From Callorhinchus milii (taxonomy: Eukaryota), in assembly GCF_018977255.1 (NCBI RefSeq), contig NW_024704742.1, positions 39,062,001-39,126,000 on the forward strand: DNA of 64,000 bases, in the 5' to 3' direction. The position numbers and the translations under genes were made by a program. Positions 12,660 through 24,280 of this stretch are shown piece by piece; position 1 is the stretch's first letter, and each line of letters starts with the position of its first letter. Below the pieces are notes generated by a model that saw only the letters and a program-made list of their open reading frames with translations, made no database searches and was not told where the DNA came from.

Positions 12660-12881
12660 TGTATTGTTGTCTGTTTGTATCTGTGTGTTGTCTGATTGTA
12701 TCTGTGTGTTGCTCTATGATTGTGTCTTGTATTATTGTGTCTGTGTGTTGTATGATTGTATCTGTATTGTTCTATAATTGTATTTGTGTTTTGCATGATT
12801 GCATCTGTGTATTGTTATATGATTGTATCCGTGTAGTGTATGAATGTATCTAGGTATTGCTGTATGATTGTGCATAGATTG
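12660..12881. repeat. Degenerate ~21-24 bp minisatellite (GTATCTGTGTGTTGTATGATT-like), resuming at ~13730-13990
   Basis: Visible tandem units. Confidence 0.75.
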
Positions 12882-13726
12882 CAGTGTGGTCCAACAGGTG
12901 GCCAGTGGGCTGCATCCAGCTTGGTGAGTGATTTTTTCCGCCCCGAGACCATTTCCAACTTCGGGCCACTCACTAGCCTCCTTCCCAGTGAACGATCTTC
13001 TCATGGCAGTGGCAGGAGTTGGTGGTTGGGAGGACACAGAACGGGGAGTGCCAATAATGCCACACACTCTTATTTCCACTCCCCGCTCAGTGTCCTCCAA
13101 AATGCCAGCTCCCGCCACTGCTGCAGTGAGAGGCAAAGAGTGTGTGGGGGGAGAGAGTGTGTGAGAGGGAGGGGGGAGAGAGGGGATTGAGATTGATTGA
13201 TTAATTGATTGATTGATTGATTGATTGAAAGAGAGGACAGACACTGAGTGACGTACCGTGCAGTTTCCTCACAGAAACTCTCCCCCAGTGAAATACTTCT
13301 CTATGTCCTTCATCCCCCCTCCACATCCTACCTCTGTGACCTCCTGACCTGGCCATTCCCTTTGCCCACAAACGCCAGCTTGCTTCATGTCCCCCCACCC
13401 CATCTGCTCCACAATCGTCATTTTGCCCTCGCTCTCTGTAGCTCCATTCCCGGAGTCCTTCTGACTCGCTCCCTCCCTCCTCTCTTTGAAGGCATGTCAA
13501 GCCCTAACTCTTTGACTAGGCTTTCGGTCATCTTTCCCCTTCCCCACCTCTCTCAGCTCCCACCCCCAACTCAGGTCCAGCAGACAGTATTGAGCACTTT
13601 GAGACCCCCTTCCAACATGAAAAGGCTATGTCTCTGGAAGGGAAACAAAATAATGCTTAAGTGGCCCGCAGACCTTCCTCAAATAAGGAATCCGGCCCAC
13701 TGCAGCCAAACAGTTGGACCACACTG
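12882..13726. mobile_element. Non-autonomous DNA transposon (hAT/Charlie-like), containing (GATT)n and an L2 fragment
   Basis: Perfect 14-bp TIRs CAGTGTGGTCCAAC / GTTGGACCACACTG, subterminal GGCCC motifs; no clean TSD. Confidence 0.75.
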
Positions 13727-16462
13727 GTGTGTGTGTGTGTATGTATGTATGGTTGCATACTTGATAGATTGTATTGGAACATTGTGTGACTGTGTATTGC
13801 TGTATATTTATTGATACATTGGTGCATGAATGTATCTGTGAATTGAAAGCATGCATCTGAATTACTGCATGATTGTGTTATTGCTTGAATATATCTGTGT
13901 GCTGCATGTCAGTGCTTCTCTGTCTATCTTCATATTATATGAATATGTCTGTGTATTGTATGAATGTTTTGTATTATATGAATATATCTTATGATAGCTT
14001 ATTTCATTGTTTGTTGAAATGAAATGATCTGGTTGCATGACAACCAGATTTGCATAAAACTGCAGTATTCCTTTTTGATTCTATTTTGGTTAATACAACA
14101 AGTGATATAGTCTCTATGTATTATACATGTCTGATATACAGTCAGGCAGATTTAACTGGCTGTTGTACAATGCAGGGCTGAAAATCACAGAGTGGAATAA
14201 TGATAAAAATGTTCGTCACAAATACAGTAATTTATTCAGTCTTCAATTCTGTGAGTAGGACTTGTTTTTTTTCTCTGCTCCAATTTTCTCCCTCCCCATT
14301 CTCTCCTGAAGACAGTTTAATTTCTCATTGTTCTCCCTGAATACAGTTCTGCAGGTACCTGGTACTTCACCTAAGTTGCCATTATTCCTGTGTGTACCTT
14401 GATGGTGAACTCTGACAGACACTTCAATTGTGGGTGGCAGCACAGTTAAACCCAATCCTATCTTGGAGGATTAGGGCAGTCAATACAGGAGGGATTTTTC
14501 CCACTCAGCTCCTGCTAACCCTGCAAACCCAAACTCCAATGCGTAGGGAGTCCCAATCTAGATAAGCAGCAGGAAGCTTGCCGGGCAGTTTTCACAACAC
14601 CAAGCGCCAGTAATACTCCAACAAACACTCTAGGGACCCCAGTTCTTAACTTTCACCAACCTATGCCTAAAACACTTTGCAGGATTGGTGAGCAGAGTGT
14701 GTTTCTTTGTTGAGTGAATACGCATTCCATTCCAGACAAACTGAAATGTCCATCCATATGTGGAACTCAGTTTGGTTTGGATGCTCTTAAATTTAATGAT
14801 TGGATATTTGTGTGTGTTGGACAGGCTGAATCAGGCTGACCAAAACAAAAGAGTAAAGTAGCAAGAGTAAATGAGCTGAAATATTCTGTATTTGTGCATT
14901 CTATAGCAAAGTGGATCAGGTTTCCAGACCAATGGAATTGTTCACTTTTTTGCATTTTATTCCTCCGAATCGCTACCTTGCCCATTTCTGTTTAATTGTA
15001 AATCAACTTTTTCTTTAAGAATTGAAGATTGAAATATTTTGTTCACTAAACCTAAGATACCCACATTTATAGAAATTCGCAAAGCACAATATGTTGCTAA
15101 TAGTGGCAAAGTAATGTCAATATTAGCCCTCAGCAACATCTGCTGGCAAACAGTAAAAAGGAATAATGAAGTTACTCTTGTTTGCATCAGAATATGTTTA
15201 TAAATTAACTATGGCAATATTTACGTGCAGAGCTCTAACTGTCCGCAGCTCTCTTGTACTCTTCATGCACTACCCATCTTCAGCTTTCATGTACCCTGCA
15301 TGTGCCACCCATCCCTCTCCTATAGTCTGCATGATCTATCCATCCAAGGGTCAATTGTGGCCTGCATGCACTCTTCATCCACACCTGTTCTGTAGATTGC
15401 ATCCAACCACAGCTCTTCTATACACTGTATAAGTTATGTTTCAATAGTTCTGAGTGTGTGCCATCTACAGCTCTCCTGGATATTTTATGATGAGTCTGAT
15501 CTCATTTGTTTCACAGATTGCATGAAGTATCCAGCAACAGTAAAATTTGTCTCTACCAGTGAAACATGTGACTATAACATATTATTGCCAGAGTTATGCG
15601 AAAATAAAAGTTCAGTCAAACCTTCGATTATACTACATATAGCTTTTGAAGATTAAATGACTTTCATTTTGTACGCCTTTGAAACAAAACAAATCTACTT
15701 CAGTTGATCTAATGCCTTTCTGAGTTGATTGGTTCACTGGTATAGTATATGTATATCACTGGCACTCAGACTTTAGTTGAATATCTTCATAACAAGAGGA
15801 GAGCTGTATTTGGCATTATCCAATGAAAATATTTGATTTCCATTTTGCTTTCAATTGCACAATTTATTGTGAGTATTTCTAGTTTGTAGAGGCACTATTT
15901 TTGTATATTTGCTCATGCTAACCTCCTGAATAAGGATTGACTTATTAGTAATTATTGGCTACTGCCTTCTTAGGTAAACACAAAGGAATAATGCCTCTAT
16001 AATAATTATATTCCTTGCTTATTCGCGTGGCTTAGACTGAAGCATGCTTCACTTTCCTGGAGGTGCCTTCCCTTCTCCTTCCCCTCTGCCCCCTGAAACC
16101 TTTGCATATTGGTTCTTGCCTAAAGGCCCGTTATCCCTTAATTTGACTCCTAGAATCAAAAAGTTGTAATATTATCTTGTAATTTCTGAATATAACTTGC
16201 TCCTACATGCTCCTGCTACCTCACTAATTTCCTTTGTATTTTCTAATACCGTTCCTTTCCCTCACTACAGTACCTTTGTTCCTCTTAACCTTATGGTTTG
16301 TACGCTTTTTTTATTTCAAACTCATTATTACCCTTTTTTCAGATTTTTTTTATCCCCCCCCCAAGCTTTCAAATTGGCTGAAGTAATGTACAGTAACGTG
16401 TAGCAGTGTGTGAGTTCACAATAAAATAGTTGTTTTTGTTGACCAAACCATTGTGTCCACAG

Positions 16463-16549
16463 GGGGAAAAGGGAAAGAAAGGCAAAAAAGGGCCTAAGGG
16501 GGAGAAAGGAGAACAGGGTGCCCCTGGATTAGATGCACCTTGCCCATTG
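16463..16549 (+). CDS. col25a1: Collagen XXV alternative exon a ([29 protein letters not shown]), 87 nt
   Basis: ccacag acceptor, gtatgt donor, Gly-X-Y ending in the GLDAPC motif of collagens XIII/XXIII/XXV. Confidence 0.9.
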
Positions 16550-17200
16550 GTATGTCTCTGCTGTGAATAAAGTAATCAGTCATCTCAAGTCAAGCAAAAG
16601 AGAGAGGCACATATTCTTTAATATTCCCATACAGTGTTAATTAGTACTGAGATGTTATTTACTACTAAGAGTTCATTCATTTTACACTGAGCGCAATGAA
16701 CTCACCAAGGAGTAACATGAGCCATTTCACATGTGGAAATGGGTTGTTTTTTCTGTCGCCTTACTATTATTGAATTTTTAATATTCATGAGATGTTCAGT
16801 TTTGAACTCTGCCATTTCAGATCTTTTATTATCAGAAAAAAAGAATATTTCCAATATTGTATTTTTGTCGAAAACCTCCCTTTTCTCATTTGAAACATAA
16901 AACTTGTGTGTATGCGATACAAGATGGGAAATATATGGACATTTTACAAAGTGAGCATTCATTTCTTAGCTTTGGCCTCACTGAAACTTTAAATCTGAAA
17001 ATAGGAAGAATGGATGCTCAGTTTCATAGTAAGTGTGCATTTCCAACTTGGTTCGTGTCATGAAAATACTTCTCTACATAGTTTGTCTTTAAAGTCAGTT
17101 GCTGCCCCTCTCTCTTGTTTGTAAATTGTCAAGTGTTGGCCTCTCAGCAGGCAGAGCAGTTCATCGGTCAATAACAATGCAAGTTAATTCCAATAAACAG

Positions 17201-17278
17201 GGTCTCCGAGGCAATAAGGGGGAAAAGGGGGAGCCAGGTCAGCCTGGCCTGGATGGGCTGGATGCCCCTTGCCAATTG
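17201..17278 (+). CDS. col25a1: Collagen XXV alternative exon b (GLRGNKGEKGEPGQPGLDGLDAPCQL), 78 nt
   Basis: aaacag acceptor, gtacag donor; matches the recalled COL25A1 sequence GEKGEPGQPGLDGLDAPCQL. Confidence 0.93.
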
Positions 17279-19814
17279 GTACAGTATTCTCTTTCCTACC
17301 AACCCTGCATGTAGTCTTTTATTGAACAATCTGTCATAATGCAAAATGGCTGTTTCATTCCTTTTGCATTACGGGTTGTATGCACGTGCATGAATTACCT
17401 TCCTCAGTAAACAAATCCCAGTGTAACAGGAGTGTGCTTGTTATTTAATGATTGACGTATTCAAACTAATCATGATATATAATGTGATTTTGATATATAA
17501 CCCATTCAGATTTAGCACAAAATGGGAATTATTGGGAAAATCTGTGACAAGTGTATTGTGAGTGGATATACACAAAGATATAATAAATTCTTTTAAAAAA
17601 TACTGCAAATAAGACTCCAGCATATAAAACTTATAAAATTGATCAGTTGTTTATAAGCGTACAGTGAAACATTCGCAGAATTTAGTGAATGGAGCAGAAT
17701 AGTCCATTGCATTTCCAAGAATTTGCCATGTTTAGAGAGCAGAGCAGAATTTAAGTGAGAAAATGGCCATTTGCTCAGATGAAGGAGGTGACTGCTTCAC
17801 CTTACTTCACACTAAAAACAACTAAAACAATAATAACACTAAAAACAAAAATAATTAAAAAAATTAGGCAATAATTAACAGATTGTCTGAGTATTCTAAC
17901 TCCTTATTAAAATGTGCAGAAGCTGGGGATTTTGAGAAGGATTCCACATGGAGTGCCATTTGCAAGAAATTAGTTTTTGATGTTGTTTTCCACTGAATCT
18001 ACAAAACTAAGTAAAGAGGGTTGCTGGCTTCATTTGTAATAGCCTTATATCAGAAACTCTTATATCCGAAAAGTATTCCGATATAGCAAAGTGGGACAGC
18101 AACTTGTATGGTCAGTTTAATGGGGGCACTGTGTGTGAGAATGTGGAAGAATAAGGATAAGTGAGCCAAAGTGCTTTCAGCAGAAAGGGAGGGAAATTCA
18201 AATCCACAAATCAACTGGATTATTCTGATACCCCAGGCAGCTTACCACTGTATAGTTTGGAAGCGGCCTGAGAAAAGACGATTCAGATCAAAACAAACAT
18301 GCTGTGGCAATGGATATTTGGCCACATTATGGTTTAGATAGAGATTCAAGATATTTCAGGAAAATGTAATTATTTTTGATCAGATCAGTGGCTGCTTGTT
18401 GTAATTTAGAATTGATGGGAATACAACATCTTCTTTCTATTTTGGAAAATTTTGTTCAGAATCTCAATTTACATGAAATGTTAGAAAATATAGAAGCAAT
18501 CATTACATTGAATTACCATTGGCTAATCAATAAGCTATGACTGCATGATATGAGGTTCATGAGAAAGGTTAGTTAGATAGCTGCAGAGTGATGTGAATTA
18601 ATGACGGTATGAATTTGTGTTCCTGACACTGGAAGTGATCTCCTGACGCCTGAAATTTCTCATGATCTTAACCCCAAGTCTTATGTAATTCAAGACTGTG
18701 CTGAATTTTCCAAAATTCTTCAACTCAGTTGTAATTTGGAAGCTTTGTTTAACATCCCAGAACAATGGCTTCAAAATTAAGACTAAATTTAAGAATTTTC
18801 CAAACTTCTGCACAAACTTAATTGCTAGTACTTACGGCTATGACTGTGGGAGTTTTCAGGTCTTTGATTCTAATATGCCAGTTTCACCTTCCTAATGCTT
18901 CCTATCCCTTTGACAGTACCAGTTATAACAAAAGTCTCTTCCCTTATCTCAGCTCTTCTAGGCCTACACAATCAAGTCCTTGCTGGTTATTAATATAACT
19001 TCAGACTCCTTGCTTTCCTTAACAAATTACAATTCACTTCCCAAACACTTCAGCTTTTAAACAATGCAATTCTTATATTTCATCCCAAACCCTCCTTAGT
19101 TTTTAACATAACCTCTGACTCCTTTGTGATACAGATAACAGATTGTTGTATCCCTCACCTCCATTGTACCAATAAGGCAATATACAGCTTTATGAAGACG
19201 TATTGGTTCTATTCAAGAATAATAAACATTGTGATTTTTGTTTTAAAACAAATAACTATAACATTATGGAAATCTATGTTGTTTCAAAGATGAGAAACCA
19301 CAAAAGTAATTCTAGTATTTAATAGCAAACTACATTGAATGGGATTGAACTTGACATTTTAATGAAAATATCCCCCAACGCTGCTGTGTAAACATTTTTT
19401 CTTGAAAACTTATGCTATTTTGTGTGTTGGATCTGGTTATTTCAAGGTTATGACCTTTCATCCCAGTTAAAAAGGTGAAAGTATTCATTGAAATATGGTA
19501 ATATCCCAGGTTGTAGAACATTATAGTTCTAGTCTAAATATGATGCTAAATGAGAGAATTCAAAATCTAGACAAGCTTGTCAGACATTATAATTAAGCTA
19601 TTGCAGTAATATAGGATAATGGATAGTGAGCTACAAGCCAGGGTTCAATCTATGAATTCTGATATTATGATAAACTATGAAGCTTTAATGTCTTAAGAAC
19701 AGCACCAATGGCAGAGTCTGCATTGAATTTACTGCCAAATGTTTGTTATTGTAAGAATTACATACAGCAAAATGTACGTGGTTCTTAAAATGTGTGTTAT
19801 ATTTATCTACTCAT

Positions 19815-20152
19815 GGAGCTCAGTGATTAGAGCACTCGCCTCACAAGGAGGAGACCTGTGTTCGATTCCCGGCAGGGTGAAATATTGGACAAGTTTCCTC
19901 TGTGTCTCTGTTTACCTAGCAGTAAGTAGGAACCCAGTGGTTAGTTGATTGGCGGATTGCTTTTTTTGGGGTAATAATTCCTTCAAAAAAAATAATAATA
20001 AATTGGTCACTTCAATCCACGACTGTTTGTGGGATCCTGCTGTGTTTTACCCACAAAATATAGTCAATTCACTTTACAGTATATTCTATGAAGCGTTTTG
20101 AGATGTCTCGAAGATGTAATAAGATGCTATATCAAATGCAAGGATTATTATT
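19815..20152 (+). mobile_element. tRNA-derived SINE, near full length
   Basis: A-box AGCTCAGTGATTAGAGC, B-box GTTCGATTCCC, tail atcaaatgcaaggattattatt. Confidence 0.85.
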
Positions 20153-22248
20153 GATAAGTATGGTCTTGTAACTTACATTATGAATTAGAATATAGACATT
20201 GTTTATTTACTGATCAGTAATATCTTGTTAAATTAAACAAGCAAAATATATAGAGTATTTAATAATAATGCCTTGTAAATTACATGATGAGTTAAAATGT
20301 AATGAGTTAGAAGCTACATTCACATGTATTTATTTATTTATTGATCAGTAATGAGTTCTTATTCTTAAGGTCCATTGCTGATTCCAGTTGCATAGAACAA
20401 AAGCTAACAGAGATAATATTGATGTAGGGAATGAGATATTTGGGTTTATGTGCTAAGTACTATTAACATTTATAACATTATTTTATATTCAATATCATGT
20501 TTATATTCCGAAACAATTGATAATGTTTTTTCAAACTTAGATATCATTCCACTCCATTTTAAATATAATATATGTAAAGATTTCACTGAATTTAGCCATT
20601 ACATAACAGTTAAAACACATATAAAAAGAAAATAAACTATAGGACCCTCTTCTGAAATTAGGACTCAGTCTCATAACATTGGAAAGTAAACGCAAAACAA
20701 TTTTAAATATTTAAAATAAAAATTAGTCTTTCATCTTAAGAATCTATAAATTCTGCATACCTTCACAAAATCTTAAGTGTTCCCAAGCAGTTAATTATTT
20801 TCTCTCTTCAGGGTGTGCTATCCTTCAGTAATGTAGGACAATTTCCTACTACTCTGAAGGCGGTTGACTAATTTTTGCTTCCAACGTGGAACCATTCCAT
20901 GTGGCCAGGCACCTCTCATCCAAGTGACCATAATTCAAGTGTGAGCTCCAAAGGGAGTGTTGGCAGCCTGTTTTATCTGTGAGAGGCATCACAACCAAGC
21001 TCAATCCTGTCCTCACTCAATGTCCATTCCACACACACAATCTTTCCTTCAGGGACTCTGGATAGCTGTCAAGACTGGGAGACCTGGCTGATTTTCACCG
21101 CTCTAACCCAGGGACTCCGATGCCACATGTAATGATACTCAACACAGACATGGCTTTGGAACAGGACTCACTATATGACTCAGTGCTGCCCTGGACACTA
21201 GCTTCATCTAACTGAATCATTGGACAAGCTACATTCACATTTCAAACATTATTCTCATTAATACATTGTAAAAAATATAAGTATCATCAACAAAATCTGC
21301 AATACAATTATATTCCTTTCTAATCATGCCCTTGCATGCTGCTCTTGATGTAAAGGAAGAAAGAGCTTACTTTTTTATTATATCTGCAATGTCCATATAT
21401 CTCACAGCAATGCCCACATGAGACAAAAGGATGGCAGTGACCTATGCTGCACTGTAGTGTAAAAATATGAGCTCAAATCCTCCCAAAGGGATTCCCTTCA
21501 CTGTCCAGCGCTGTGGGAGGTACTTCCAACGTGAAAGGCGCTATAAAAATATAATTTGTTGTTGTTGAACCAACACCTTTCTGACCCTGAGGCAAGAGTG
21601 TTACCAACTGAGTCAGTTTACACATCAAAGTGTTCCAAGATCTTATCCTTATAAAATAATATAAAATCACAATTTTGCAACAGAATGAGTTTCCCTCACT
21701 CCCCAGAATGATAAAAGCAAAGGTGCGCAATGACTCATGAAGTGAAAATGTTATGATTGCGAAATGGACAGCATCTCCTGCAGGTTAAATATGAACCAGA
21801 ACTCTGAATGGAAAAATTAGGCGCTGGGCTTCTAAGTTTAAGATAGACAGTTCTGCTCTACGCAAATGTTTCTGTGTATGTGTGAACATTTGGCTTGGTC
21901 TTGTGATTTGCATGAATTTTTTTGCAAGTGTGGACAAGAACAAATGGAAGGTTTAAAATGACCCCTGATGGGATTAATTTGAAGATTAAGACAACATTGC
22001 ATTTGTGTCTTTGTGTCGTAATATAGATTTTACTAAAGAGAAAATCATTTTCATGGAGCACATCATGGTTTAAATTTGGGTGCTTAATGTCCACTGATTA
22101 TTCTGGGAATATTAAGATTGTTTTAATGGCAATGTTTGTGCTTATTGTAGTGGAATAGGAGCACCAGATCCTGGCATTGTTCATTCCTGTCCCATTATGC
22201 AATAATACAGATACTAATCCAGTATACCTCTCTTCTCCGTTAAAACAG

Positions 22249-22287
22249 GGCCCAGATGGATTGCCGATGCCAGGTTGTTGGCAGAAG
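22249..22287 (+). CDS. col25a1: Collagen XXV last coding exon (GPDGLPMPGCWQK), 39 nt
   Basis: aaacag acceptor, gtaaga donor; matches the recalled COL25A1 C-terminal NC4 peptide. Confidence 0.95.
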
Positions 22288-23208
22288 GTAAGATCTGTTA
22301 TATTTCCTATTAAAAATTTAATCTGAGATTTCATATACACAAGTGGTGCATTATGCACAGAGAATGTACTTCAACAACATGCTTCCAAAACCTATTTGAT
22401 TATCATACTGATCATCATTCCTTCACTTCTAACTCATTTGTGCTCATTTCACTTGCACCCGGATTAATAAATGCCTCTGAATTCCAGGTAACTGCTTCTG
22501 GACAAATATGATCAAGTATATTTTATGATATACACTATATCTTGTGTATATTATAGCTTACTCCTAGCATCAAATACAAGATGCAACTCAACCTTAGGAC
22601 TAGCAAGATGTTAACAAATTGAGCTTTCAAATATCAGTTCAAACCTAGACTCGGTCATTCACTTGTGACTTCTTTTCAGTTGTGCATATAATGGGTACAG
22701 AAGTCCCTCCATATACCAGTGACATTATTGCTGGGAATTATCAGTTAATGTACTGTCATACATTGATGCCAGTAACAGAATTATTTATCAGTACTGTATT
22801 TGCTATCATGGTTCTGGTCAGTTGTTTTATTAATAAAAATAATTCCTTAGCATTTAATGGCTTTTTTGCATGGAAATCAAATCAAATACAAATTGGATCT
22901 GTTAGTTGAATAATGTTTAAAGCACAACTGATCCAACACAGATGCTACTTTCAATATTGGCTTTAATGTTGCGTTGTGATCAAATGCATTGGACTATTGG
23001 AATCTTTGGAATCTCCGACCCCCACCCCCCCCCCTCCCCACCCGGCAATTATTCCATCATACAAAACATTTAGGATTTGAGTTGTTCTGTGGATGGGATT
23101 ACTTCCTTGAATGGAGGAAGACAAATAAGATATTCACAGAGGGGTACATTATGAAGAGGACAGGCAAAAAAACAAAGAGATAGAGAGATTAAGCAAGTGT
23201 GCAGAACT

Positions 23209-23440
23209 ACAACAACAACAACAACAACAAGATTCCATTTATAAAGCGCCTTTCACGTCAGGAGGACGTCCCAAGGCGCTGCACAGTTGGGTCATGACCC
23301 GAGCAGGGGGGAAATGGTCAGGGTGAGGGGAGGGGAGGGAGCGAGGAGGGGGGAAATGGTCAGGGTGAGGGGAGGGATGGGAGGGAGCGAGAAGGGGGAA
23401 GAGAGTCGAGAGGGGAGCTGAAGGCTCGGTCAAAGAGAAG
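23209..23440 (-). mobile_element. L2 3' end with (TTG)n tail and an internal ~47 bp tandem duplication
   Basis: (CAA)n then ttataaagcgcctttcac; ggggaaatggtcagggtgaggggaggg occurs twice. Confidence 0.7.
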
Positions 23441-24280
23441 ATTACTATGATTACTATGATAGATTAACATTGCAAAATGTGAACAGATGGAAAAATAATG
23501 GTATGTTCTAAATAAGGATGTAATAAGGATAAATCCTAGAATGGGGCATCAGGATTAAAAGATGTGACAAAGTCTAGTAAACTGGTGTTATAGGCTCAAA
23601 TGGGTGAATGGCTTCCTTCTGTTCCTGCTTTCTTTTATTTATATAAATCCTTTTAACCCCTATATATATATATACCCATGCGAGCATGTGGGGGTTGGGT
23701 GGGGAAGTGAAATCAATGTACAGAGCTGAAAAATATATCCCAGAGAAATTTGCAACCTCTCAATTTTCCCAAATCCATACAATCCTATTATTTGATGTTT
23801 TCAATTCCTCCCAGGACGTCTCCTTCTGTTCTACTCATCCTAGTCTTTCAACCTCTGTGCAGGCTGACTATTCCTGGGTAGACTTAATGATAGGGTGAGA
23901 CTGAGTCTGGTGTTTTTCCTTTTTATCATTGCTCCATGTGGATATTCTCTCTATAAATAAATGTACTCCAAATCCTGGCAGATTGCCATTCAATGGGCAG
24001 TAGGCAGAGATGCCTGAATGGTAATTCAGGCTTAAGACTGAAACCATGACTCTCCCATCAGAAGCCAGTAAAGCAAATTTCACTGAGCCACCATATTTCT
24101 GGCTAATTTTCCTCACTTTTCTTCTGGTTTCCCCAAATCATAGAAAAAACAAATATTTACAGTGCAGAAGGAGGGCATTGGGTCCGTCATGCCTGTGCTA
24201 GTCAGATGATGTGTATGCGAATGTAATTTGTTAATACTAATCTTTCATTTAATGTTTGTATGTCTTGTGTTTTTTTGCAG

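Noticed and set aside
20830..21230. Possible ancient SINE remnants (also ~9150-9420)
   Set aside because: Resemblance is only impressionistic; boundaries and family cannot be supported without a Dfam search
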